From contig NIVC01003710.1 in NCBI GenBank assembly GCA_002269645.1, positions 1 to 64,000 of the forward strand: 64,000 nucleotides of DNA, in the 5' to 3' direction. The DNA is from Macrostomum lignano (Eukaryota). A program made the translations under genes and the position numbers. The notes beneath the pieces were generated by a model. The model had not been told where the DNA came from. It did not search any database and worked only from the letters and a program-made list of their open reading frames with translations. This document shows, piece by piece, positions 14,622-25,302 of the stretch; the first letter of the stretch is position 1, and each line of letters starts with the position of its first letter.

Positions 14622-14672
14622 AGCAGCCGCCGCGTATCCGCAGCCGGCCGCCTCCTTTGCCGCCTTCAACGG
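14439..14672 (+). CDS. elav: ELAV exon 4 (hinge, poly-Ala)
   Basis: Splicing 12519 to 14439 creates R-YSPL, matching the ELAV hinge R[FY]SP motif; acceptor AAAAG is atypical; donor GTATGG at 14673; phases 2-2 fit both neighbours. Confidence 0.75.
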
Positions 14673-15069
14673 GTATGGAATCTGGGATGATCTGGGGAGT
14701 TGCCGATTGCGCTAGCTTACTTCCGTTCCTTTCTGTTCTACCAAGAGTTGTGTAGCTTTCAGTTGTCTTTTTAGTTTACCGATTTCGCAATATGATATCA
14801 TAGATAAAAATCGGTTTATTATTTAAGTTTTTAACTTGGCGATGGCACTGGTGGGAGAGTGGCTTAGTAGTGGGCAAAGTAAAGTTGTGTCTGCTGGTTG
14901 AAAGAGAAACGGGAAAGAGAAGGGAAGGTTGTTCTTGCAATAGTATCCATTTATAACGAAAATTACTAAGAAAATAAGAAAAGTGTGTGGATTCTGAAAG
15001 GTTTCTTCGTTTTATTGTAAGACGAAATGAACTGACTGAGGAACCTAGACATTGATTGAAGGTGCCAAT

Positions 15070-15490
15070 CATTACAGGAACAAGACAATCGTCACAGCAA
15101 AAAGCCGATAATCACAGGAACAAGTTATTTATCACATAAACAAGTCAATCATCACAGGAACAAGTCAATCGTCACAGGAACAACTCTATCGTCACAGGAA
15201 CAACCCTATCGTCACAGGAACAACCCTATCGTCACAAGAACAACCCTATCGTCACAGGAACAAGCTAATCATCATCGCAGGAACAAGCCAGTCATCGCAG
15301 GAACAAGTCCATCATCACAGGAACAAGCCAATCATCACAGGAACAAGCCAGTCATCGCAGAAACAAGTCCATCATCACAGGAACAAGTCCATCATCACAG
15401 GAACAAGCCAATCATCACAGGAACAAGTCCATCATCACAGGAACAAGCCAGTCATCACAGGAACAAGCCAGTCATCGCAGGAACAAGCCG
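15070..15490 (+). repeat. About 20-bp minisatellite (ATCATCACAGGAACAAGCCA-like), ELAV intron 4
   Basis: Period 20 with variants. Confidence 0.9.
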
Positions 15491-15561
15491 CGGTAGCTAT
15501 ATCTAATGAACTCGGTTGGCAACTGACAACATTCTGGATCCAAAATCCCAATCTGTTTCAG

Positions 15562-16099
15562 CTACCATGCCGGCATTCCCACTGGCCTGGAGACCCTGGT
15601 GCCCGTCACTTCGATGGGCCACCTCTACGCTGGACCGCCTGCGGCAGCTGGCCTGCCCAACGTGATGCCGATGCACCAGGCCGCCCCGGCGCCGCAGCCG
15701 CCGCCCCCTCCGCCGCCGCCTCCTCAACAGTCGGCCGGCGTAACCCCAACGTCTCCACTCGGCGGCATCAGCGGAGGCGGCGCAGGCGCTGGCAGTGGCT
15801 GGAGCCTGTTCGTGTACAACCTGGCGCCCGAGGCCGACGAGTCTCTGCTCTGGCAGCTGTTCAGCCCGTTCGGAGCCCTCCAGGCAGTGAAGGTGGTCCG
15901 CGACCAGGGCAGCGCCAAATGCCGCGGCTTCGGCTTCGTCACGATGAACAGCTACGAAGAGGCGGCGCTGGCTGTCACCTCGCTGAACGGGGCCAGCCTG
16001 GGCGGCCGGCTGCTGCAGGTGTCCTTTAAGGGCCTGCCGACCATGCCGGGCCGGAAGTCGGCCAGCCCGCTGCCCTTCTGCATTCCCCTGCATCCTTGA
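15562..16099 (+). CDS. elav: ELAV exon 5 (Pro-rich linker and RRM3)
   Basis: Acceptor TTTCAG at 15561; [26 protein letters not shown]...[10 protein letters not shown]...[16 protein letters not shown] is ELAV RRM3; stop TGA ends at 16099. Confidence 0.95.
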
Positions 16100-17799
16100 G
16101 AACGTTGCCGACGAGGGAATGTGGAGGGGAGAGAGAAACCTCATCAAGTTCCTCTTGTCACACCGGAGGGAGTTTGCCTCAAGCCTGTAGTTACTAGGGG
16201 TAAAACAATGCGTTTATCTACAGTGCAAGTGATTGGACAGAAACGATGCTCTCTTTCAGTAGGAACCAAGCTAAAAGTCCCTCAGCTTGCTGTAAAAATG
16301 ATTGTGACCAATTAGAACAACTTAAGCATTGGAGAATGCTGAAGCTAAGAAAAACTTGCTGCTGAAATATTCAACTCAGTTGCTTTTTTTATGAGTAAAT
16401 ATTTTCTTTTTGTTAAACTGTTTGTACACTATTGTTGTGCAAACTGTTAAGTGATCTCTGCAAAGTCGGACAAAATTGCACCTATCTATATAATATGTAT
16501 ATTAGTCAATGGACCTCCCCTTCTATAGTCATAGACAGTCCTCTGACCCGTTTGACTTCCGCTGTTTTAATGCTAAATCTGCCCCGCCTCCCATGCGATG
16601 GTGTTTGTTTGCTGAGTCGATTATTGTGAAATACATGCATAACAGTTATAACTGGCACAAGCATACTTTTACAACACAATGAGCTGTCTCTTTTAATGAA
16701 AAATTGTCATTAAAACAAAACAAGGCCGTACTAAGCCTCGACATCAGATAAAGTACTTCTCAAAGTTGTTTTAAATTTACCTTTTTGTTTTATTGAGTTC
16801 GTTCTATAATTTTTTTGAAACCATATGCTACTGTTTCTTTTGTTTCCCTCTGTTGAATTTATTTATCTTTTGTTTTTTAACTGCGTTCGTGCCCCTATGT
16901 TACCTTTATTTTAATTTTGTTTGAATTGCCGCTTCGGTTTTTTATTTTTGTTTTTATTTTGCCATCATACACCCTGCGCTGCTGCGGAATGCATTAAGGA
17001 AAATAGTTAAAAAGAAAATCGAACGTCATTCTAATGAATTTTGAACAGAATTTAAAACAAAACTCAAAAAATGAAAAGTACAAATTAACTTTAGCCATTC
17101 TCATACATTTTGAACAGAGATAAAAACAATAATAAAACCAATAAAAAGAAATCAATTACCATGTCCATGGTTATGAATATATGACTAAAACTAATTATAA
17201 TTACTTTTATTGTATTACAATAACCGAATTAAAATTAAGCAAATGATACATACTGCAGAATAAAAATAGCTAAACGAGTGTAGACTTTTTTGTCAAAAGC
17301 ATGCAGCGAGCATTCAATATATTTTCAAACTAACTAAAGCATTCGATTTGCATGTTTAATATTGCGTGAATTTCCATTTTACCTCGTTATTAAGTTTTGC
17401 TGTTCCATAATATTTATCAAATTTTATAGTCTCACATTTCACATTATTGCTTAGATTGCTAGGAGTGAATCTCTTGAAATCTATCTTATTTGACGAAATT
17501 CCTATTAATTAGCTACTAACTTATGTTGCTGCATTATGCACGATTAGCCCGCGTAAGTGCGCGCTGTGTGTGTGTCTGTAATGTGCATATATACTACTGC
17601 TGAACTACTCGGAATATATCTATACATTTAATTGCAGCGTATAATGCAAGCTATAAAATTTAGTTTGATTCTTTCCGTATGATTGATTTTATTGCTCGAG
17701 ATTTTGACGCATATTATAGAAATCCTCCTGATTTATTAACACTCCGGAACATACTACATGTTACATTTGTCCATGCACATGCGTTATCAAATTTATATA

Positions 17800-18903
17800 C
17801 AGGATCGGGATCAGGATCGGGATCAGGATCGGGATCAGGATCGGGATCAGGATCGGGATCAGGATCGGGATCAGGATCGGGATCAGGATCGGGATCAGGA
17901 TCGGGATCAGGATCGGGATCAGGATCGGGATCAGGATCGGGATCAGGATCGGGATCAGGATCGGGATCAGGATCGGGATCAGGATCGGGATCAGGATCGG
18001 GATCAGGATCGGGATCAGGATCGGGATCAGGATCGGGATCAGGATCGGGATCAGGATCGGGATCAGGATCGGGATCAGGATCGGGATCAGGATCGGGATC
18101 AGGATCGGGATCAGGATCGGGATCAGGATCGGGATCAGGATCGGGATCAGGATCGGGATCAGGATCGGGATCAGGATCGGGATCAGGATCGGGATCAGGA
18201 TCGGGATCAGGATCGGGATCAGGATCGGGATCAGGATCGGGATCAGGATCGGGATCAGGATCGGGATCAGGATCGGGATCAGGATCGGGATCAGGATCGG
18301 GATCAGGATCGGGATCAGGATCGGGATCAGGATCGGGATCAGGATCGGGATCAGGATCGGGATCAGGATCGGGATCAGGATCGGGATCAGGATCGGGATC
18401 AGGATCGGGATCAGGATCGGGATCAGGATCGGGATCAGGATCGGGATCAGGATCGGGATCAGGATCGGGATCAGGATCGGGATCAGGATCGGGATCAGGA
18501 TCGGGATCAGGATCGGGATCAGGATCGGGATCAGGATCGGGATCAGGATCGGGATCAGGATCGGGATCAGGATCGGGATCAGGATCGGGATCAGGATCGG
18601 GATCAGGATCGGGATCAGGATCGGGATCAGGATCGGGATCAGGATCGGGATCAGGATCGGGATCAGGATCGGGATCAGGATCGGGATCAGGATCGGGATC
18701 AGGATCGGGATCAGGATCGGGATCAGGATCGGGATCAGGATCGGGATCAGGATCGGGATCAGGATCGGGATCAGGATCGGGATCAGGATCGGGATCAGGA
18801 TCGGGATCAGGATCGGGATCAGGATCGGGATCAGGATCGGGATCAGGATCGGGATCAGGATCGGGATCAGGATCGGGATCAGGATCGGGATCAGGATCGG
18901 GAT
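17800..18903 (+). repeat. Perfect 12-bp array (CAGGATCGGGAT)92
   Basis: 1104 bp with no visible variant. Confidence 0.97.
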
Positions 18904-19427
18904 TTAGATTGCAGGTAGCTTGTTAAGAGATTAACACTTAATCGGGCATAATGCACGATTAATTGAAGATCAACAATAGACAGATATCAGGAGAAGGGAT
19001 ATCCACTATAAGCCATAAATATACTCGGAAACTGCCACCCATAACGAGTTTTGCTATATTTTATCTTGAAAAAAATTCTAATCTTCATGCTGCGCAGTGC
19101 AGAGGGCAGACAGATGTTTTATGACTAGACCTTCTATATTCTGGTTAATAGAGAAATTCTTGTTGCGCAGAAAAAGGGGAACTTGGCCTGAAGGCGCAGA
19201 GTACGCTTGTACAGTTCACAGGAACCTCTGAGGCTCTCAACCAATGAGGCTTCCTGTACTAGGGAACCAGCTGCAGGAGATACGGGGAGAGAGAAGGACA
19301 GAAACACACTGCTGTACACTGCGGCAAGTCCAAGAACTCACAGTCTGGGGCTAGAGAGAGTGTGTGTGTTTGCGCTGGTAGTGAATATTCTCTTTCTCTC
19401 TGCCTCGCTCAGTTGAACTTGAATAAA

Positions 19428-19890
19428 ATGGTAGAGCCGGTAAAGCTAGCGAATTCAAGCAGCAATACGGCGCAGGGACTTTCGGCTCGTAGTCAGCCAA
19501 AAGCAAAACCACAGTTTTATTATTTAGTAATGAGCGAGAAATTTTCCTGGTTGGAATTTCACCAAGAGTTGAAGTGTGCCGGCCTCACCAAAAAGAGGGC
19601 CGCCTTTCAAACCCGGATTGGCGAGCTGGTGGAAGGCGTCGCAGCCGCCGTGGTTGGCATCAGCGGCGAGTCCTACTACGACTGGATGATGACGGGCAGC
19701 TTCGTGGAAGGCTGGGGCAATAATCTGTTCAGGCTGGACGGCGTCACCGGCGTAGACTCCGACATCGATTGGAGCCAAGTTGTCAAGCACAAGGTGTACC
19801 ACCTGCGCAGCACCTGCCACTCTGTGGTTGACTGCATCAATAGGAAAGACTACGAGTTGAAAAATGGGCATATTGTTGTGAAGAACAGCA
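19428..19890 (+). CDS. Mab-21/cGAS-like nucleotidyltransferase, exon 1 (catalytic GS...DID motif)
   Basis: TGSFVEG...DSDIDW fits the hG[GS]...[DE]h[DE]h nucleotidyltransferase motif as found in invertebrate Mab-21/cGLR proteins; donor GTGAGT at 19891 (phase 1). Full CDS join(19428..19890,20365..20713,20963..21207,21291..24112)=3879 nt, 1292 aa. Start ATG not certain. Confidence 0.75.
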
Positions 19891-19994
19891 GTGAGTGTTG
19901 CATTGGATTGCATTGTATATGAAATCAATAATTGTGTTTTGATTTGACCGGGCAAACGCTCTATGCTTCATTTGTATGCAGCTCACAGTGCTAG

Positions 19995-20280
19995 GGGACC
20001 TAGGGGTCACTGAAGGAACTGGAGATACTCACTGAAGGACCTTGGGGATGCTCACTGAAGGCCCTTGAGGATGCTCACTGAAGGACCTTGAGGATGCTCA
20101 CTGAAGGACCTTGAGGATGCTCACTGAAGGACCTTTGGGATGCTCACTGAAGGACCTTGAGGATGCTCACTGAAGGACCTTTGGGATGCTCACTGAAGGA
20201 CCTTGAGGATGCTTACTAAAGGACCTTGGGGATGCTCACTGAGGGACCTTGGGGATGCTCACTGAGGGACCTTGGGGACC
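19995..20280 (+). repeat. 23-bp minisatellite (GGATGCTCACTGAAGGACCTTGA), intron 1 of the Mab-21 gene
   Basis: Period 23 measured at 20047/20070/20093. Confidence 0.9.
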
Positions 20281-20364
20281 TACGCTCTGAAGGACTCGAT
20301 CCTTTGTGGTCCATAAAACAAGCGGAATTCCGATCTCGCAAAATGACCTCCCCTCGGCTGTCAG

Positions 20365-20713
20365 GTCAGCAGCCGGCATTCGACACGAAGCGTCACGGAC
20401 TGCGCCCCGACACGGACGAGTGTCACGCCTATCCGTGCTGCTCCTACCCGGCCACTGTGCTGGACGATGATCAAGATGAAGTCAACACTGACAGATATCC
20501 AGTGTGCGATAAATTTCAACAGATTATTAAGACGCAGTTTGACAACGAGAATCCGATCGAAGATGTGCACTTTGTTCGGGCCAGCGTGCCAGGCGAGGTG
20601 AACCAGCTGCGCCTAAGCTGCACTAGGCAGGAGCGCTTCATAATGAGTCAGCTAAGCACAGTTCAAGGACAGCTATTCACTGTGCTCAAATATCTTTTCA
20701 AAACTAAGGAGGA
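20365..20713 (+). CDS. Mab-21/cGAS-like protein, exon 2
   Basis: Acceptor TCAG at 20364; DTDECHAYPCCSYP (third-acidic-residue strand) and VHFVRAS...LRLSCTRQERFIMSQLSTVQGQLFTVLKYLFK resemble the Mab-21 HLV.K...WRLSFS..E..L...Q....LK.I.K segment; donor GTAAGT at 20714 (phase 2). Confidence 0.75.
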
Positions 20714-20754
20714 GTAAGTATTGATGTTTCGTTCGATACATTGCCTGCATTAGT

Positions 20755-20786
20755 GTCTGTCGTTCTGTCTGTCTGTCTGTCTGTCC

Positions 20787-20830
<44 letters not shown>

Positions 20831-20833
20831 GCC

Positions 20834-20902
<69 letters not shown>

Positions 20903-20921
20903 TTCTGTCTGTCTGTCTGTC
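20755..20921 (+). repeat. (TCTG)n microsatellite, intron 2 of the Mab-21 gene
   Basis: Direct reading. Confidence 0.95.
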
Positions 20922-20962
20922 TATTAGATGAAAGCTTTAATGATGATCTGTTGCAATCGCAG

Positions 20963-21207
20963 CGAACGCAACCCTAAGTCGGAGAAGAAGATCATCGAGA
21001 GCGTGAAATCCTACCATGCAAAGACCTTGTTAATGAAGTTGCTGCGCGACCGGGACAGCTGGCCAGCAAACGGGCATGACGATGACGTAGAGGAAGATGA
21101 AGAGGCATCAAACAGGCTGGAGCGACTGGTCTGGCGCGGGCTCGGCTTTCTGTTGCGATCGATCACAACTAACCTTCAAGCTGCGGAGGCTGGCGAGGAG
21201 CCAAGCG
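20963..21207 (+). CDS. Mab-21/cGAS-like protein, exon 3
   Basis: Acceptor GCAG at 20962 restores phase 2; KSYHAKTLLMKLL matches the Mab-21 SYHLKT helix; donor GTGGGT at 21208 (phase 1). Confidence 0.7.
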
Positions 21208-21290
21208 GTGGGTGTCCCAATACAGACTAAGTCTGCTTCACTGCACTGCTCACCTGATCACTGCTTACCTGAAAATCTCCTCAATTTCAG

Positions 21291-24112
21291 GCGATTCGAA
21301 GGAACCACCACAGTCTCCATCTCGGCAGGCTTCCGTCGCCTCCAGCAGCGCGTCCACGAAGAGCTCGAACTCGAAGGTTCCGCGAGTACTGGACCACGCA
21401 CTGCTGAAGGACTGCGGTCTCTACTTGAAGCCAAAAAAGCCAAAAGAGGCAACTAAAAGCAGCAAGTCGTCTATTCTGTCTTTTATTTTTCGATCGCCGC
21501 AGGAGCAGCCGAAGAAGGCGATATCTGCGATAGAGGCTCACGCTAGCGCTCTTGAGGAGATGAAGGAGGACCTGCTAGGTCTGATCGGCAAGCGGGGAGA
21601 CATGGACGATGTGCTCGCTGAGACGCCTGGAATTCTGTGGGAGAGAGGTTCAAGCGCAGTCAGTGATTTGAACCGAGAGCTGAAGAAGCTGAACGAGCCG
21701 GAGCTGAAAATGGTTCTGGAAAAATTCGAAAAACTAACTCAGAGTGAGATTGAAAGCATGAGCCAGAGTAAGGACACAAGTCAGGGTCAGGGCGCTAGCC
21801 GTAGCCAGGGTGAGGACACAAGTCAGGGTCAGGGCGCTAGCCATAGCCAGAGTGAGGACCCAAGTCAGGGTCAGGGCGCTAGCCGTAGCCAGGGTGAGGA
21901 CACAAGTCAGGGCCAGGGCGCTAGCCATAGCCAGAGTGAGGACCCAAGTCAGGGTCAGGGCGCTAGCCGTAGCCAGGGTGAGGACACAAGTCAGGGCCAG
22001 GGCGCTAGCCGTAGCCAGAGTGAGGACCCAAGTCAGGGCCAGGGCGCTAGCCGTAGCCAGAGTGAGGACCCAAGTCAGGGCCAGGGCGCTAGCCGTAGCC
22101 AGAGTGAGGACCCAAGTCAGGGCCAGGGCGCTAGCCGTAGCCAGAGCCTGACTCGGAGTGAAAGTGAAAATGACATGAGACAAAGAGAAGAGAAGCTGCG
22201 CAAGAAAATCGCGAATCTGTATGGAAAACTCGGCGATACCTACAAGCTATACGACGTTCTAAAAGACTATCAGACCCGAGTGACGAGTACTTCGGACGAA
22301 AGAAAAAAGCACGGCAAGAAAGAGGATGTCATCGGAGATGAGGCACAATTTCTTTTCATTCCGTTAGCAATGCTGCCGCGAATCACGTTAGACACTCTGC
22401 TTGACGAGAAGGGGCGTCGGTTGAAAAAGGAAAAAACTACCGGAGCTGCCGAAGGTTCAACTGCCGTAGCTGGTGAACGTTCAACTACCGTAGCTGGTGA
22501 AGGTTCAACTACCGGAACTGCCGAAGGTTCAACTACCGGAGCTGCCGAAGGTTCAACTACCGGAGCTGCCGAAGGCTCAACTGCCGTAGCTGGTGAAGAT
22601 TCAACTACCGTAGCTGGCGAAGGTTCAACTACCGGAGCTGCCGAAGGCTCAACTGTCGTAGCTGGCGAAGGTTCAACTACCGGAGCTGGCGAAGGTTCAA
22701 CTACCGGAGCTGGCGAAGGTTCAACTACCGGAGCCGCCCAGGGTTCAACTACCGGAGCTGGCGAAGGTTCAACTACCGGAGCTGGCGAAGGTTCAACTGC
22801 CGTAGCTGGCGAAGGTTCAACTACCGGAGCTGGCGAAGGTTCAACTACCGTAGCTGGTGAAGGTTCAACTACCGGAACTGCCGAAGGTTCAACTACCGGA
22901 GCTGCCGAAGGTTCAACTACCGGAGCTGCCGAAGGCTCAACTGCCGTAGCTGGTGAAGATTCAACTACCGTAGCTGGCGAAGGTTCAACTACCGGAGCTG
23001 CCGAAGGCTCAACTGTCGTAGCTGGCGAAGGTTCAACTACCGGAGCTGGCGAAGGTTCAACTACCGGAGCTGGCGAAGGTTCAACTACCGGAGCCGCCCA
23101 GGGTTCAACTACCGGAGCTGGCGAAGGTTCAACTACCGGAGCTGGCGAAGGTTCAACTGCCGTAGCTGGCGAAGGTTCAACTACCGGAGCTGGCGAAGGT
23201 TCAACTACCGGAGCCGCCCAGGGTTCAACTACCGGAGCTGGCGAAGGTTCAACTACCGGAGCTGGCGAAGGTTCAACTACCGGAGCTGCCGAAGGTTCAA
23301 CTACCGGAGCTGCCGAAGGTTCAACGAACGAACCTTTCAAGGATTCGGCAGTCGACCAAAAAGCAATAAATGAGCTTAAAAAGGCTTACATTAAAGTCTG
23401 GATTGTACTGAGAAGCCTGAGCGATTCAGAGAGGAATTCATCTGAGCCTAGCCAGACCCAGGGCCCTAGCCGTAGCCAGGACGCTGGCCAAAGGCCCAGC
23501 GACAGCTCACTGCAGAAGGCCAAGCAATGGATCAAAAACAAGGCGTTTCTAAAGACCACTTGGCTGTGCCTGGAGATCATGGAGAATCTAAAGAATGGCC
23601 ACATAGAGGAGGTGAAACGGCTCCTCAGGGAAACCGATTGTCAGCCAACACGATGGATCAAACCAGAGAAGGATTACGACTTTGCCAAGCTGCTCAGAGA
23701 AAAGGACTGCGTATGGATATTTCACTACTTCATCAGGCCCAATATAAAGATCAGCTACAACTACTTGAACGACGTGCAGAATCCGGTCGAAAGAGGCACC
23801 AAAATTGAAAAACGAACGGAATACGAGAAAGGCGAAGGCAGGGTGTTCGAGTACATTAACGGTGTGCGCAAGGACTGGCTGATTCACCTGGTTGTCAATC
23901 AGGACGACAAGAAAAGCCGGCAGCCGAGTCTCACTGTCAATTTCGACGGCCTGCTGGACCGATTCAGGCGTCGATTCGGTGACGGCAACGTGGACGTCGA
24001 TTCGGCAGCACAGATAAAGGACGACGACTATTTGGACACAATGAAAAACTGCCTGTTTGACCCACGCGAGGCGGAGAGGCTGGAGGCCGAGAGGTTGAAA
24101 AATCATAGATAA
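21291..24112 (+). CDS. Mab-21/cGAS-like protein, exon 4 (helical region, two tandem peptide arrays, C-terminal globular part)
   Basis: Acceptor TTTCAG at 21290 joins in phase to the 966-codon ORF; non-repetitive flanks are open and protein-like; stop TAA ends at 24112. Confidence 0.7.
21761..22148 (+). repeat. Coding 42-bp repeat, 9 units (SQGQGAS[R/H]SQ[S/G]ED[P/T])
   Basis: In frame within exon 4; a degenerate tenth copy near 23445-23490. Confidence 0.92.
22435..23325 (+). repeat. Coding 24-bp repeat, about 37 units (A[G/A]EGSTT[G/V]), with a 360-bp higher-order duplication
   Basis: In frame; sequence at 22501-22850 recurs at 22861-23210. Confidence 0.92.
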
Positions 24113-25302
24113 ACAAACTACGCAAATGATTTCGATTGTATTTTGGACTGAGTCATGAAACTTCTAGACTGGACTAGCGAGGTAGGAAGTTGAAAACAAT
24201 TGCAGAATCTCAACTACAGAGCTGATCCACCCAGATTGCAGTGAAATTTTGCTCTATTTACAAGTGTAGCTTCATTACACTTTCATACTTCTTATGTGTA
24301 ATTTAGGGCCAACAAGAAGTATAGAAGTAAAATTATTAATTTAACAGATTCCTGCCCCCCCAGTTACGCAACACCATAAAAATATTGTACACAATAGTTT
24401 TTTTCATTTTATAAAACTTAATCTCATCAATTCAAATTTCAAGTCTATATTTACAATGGTTTTATTGTCTTGTTTATCATCGACAAAGTTTAATTTAAAT
24501 TTTTATATCATTTTCTTTTTTTGTTCGCAGCTAGACTCTGGCAGCTCGCGGGAGTAGACTTTCTAGTAGTATAGAATGCTTGATAAAGCTTTTTTGTAAT
24601 ATTAACGAAATAATGAATCTGTAATAGATGAGATCAATAATCAATGCAGTATATAAATGTGTCTTAGGATAGGCTCATTTGTTCGATTTAGAGGCCTTAG
24701 AGGCTAGCTAGCTTTTCTGCTCCATGTATAATTATAGAATTATTATTCGCAGCTCGCCTACTCGAATTTTTGCCTTAAAAGTAGTCTGATTAGGACATTT
24801 TTTCGCGTAGCAAAAAAAGCAAGCTTCATTTAGCATTCTGTGTGTAATTCTGCAGAGTAAAGTTCCTGATTTATTCTAAGAAGCCAATGCCATTTTTTTC
24901 ATTCAGAGCCAATCAAATCGTTTTTCTCAAAACAAACCGATCTACTGACATTCTTATCATTATTAAAAGAAACATAAGCGTACTTTTTATTCAACAATTA
25001 TTGCATACGGTAAATGTTAATTTTTTTGTTTAGCTAGTAAAATATATTTAACGCACTGTGAATGAAATAGTCAAAGCATATAGTGCGCACGCACCAAATT
25101 AAATTTTACGTTGCAAGTAGTTTAATACGCGTATTACTCGTATTTACATGAAAAAAACAATCTAAAACACTAATTACAAAACAAGTGTACAGAATCAAAA
25201 TTCAACAGGCTTTCGCGGCTAGCATTTGGTTGCTTGGAGGGTGGTTGCTAAGCGTACTCAACTGCAACAGATGATGGTGGTTGCTATGCTAAGCTCCAGT
25301 TG

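Noticed and set aside
15503-16147. Antisense ORFs over ELAV exon 5, ArfGAP, TMLHE, GPCR and Six3/6
   Set aside because: Shadow frames of GC-rich coding strands.
17679-18926. 415-aa (GS)n and 386-aa (QDRD)n ORFs
   Set aside because: Stop-free translation of the perfect 12-bp array; no splice or homology support.
20928-20962. ATG/acceptor at 20927-20928 as the start of Mab-21 exon 3
   Set aside because: Phase 0 does not match the phase-2 donor at 20714; the acceptor at 20962 does.
21734-23340. Minus-strand 149-aa and 356-aa repeat ORFs (AFP-like ALTWVLTLAT; PAPVVE)
   Set aside because: Antisense shadows of the coding repeats in exon 4; the + frame is continuous with non-repetitive flanks.
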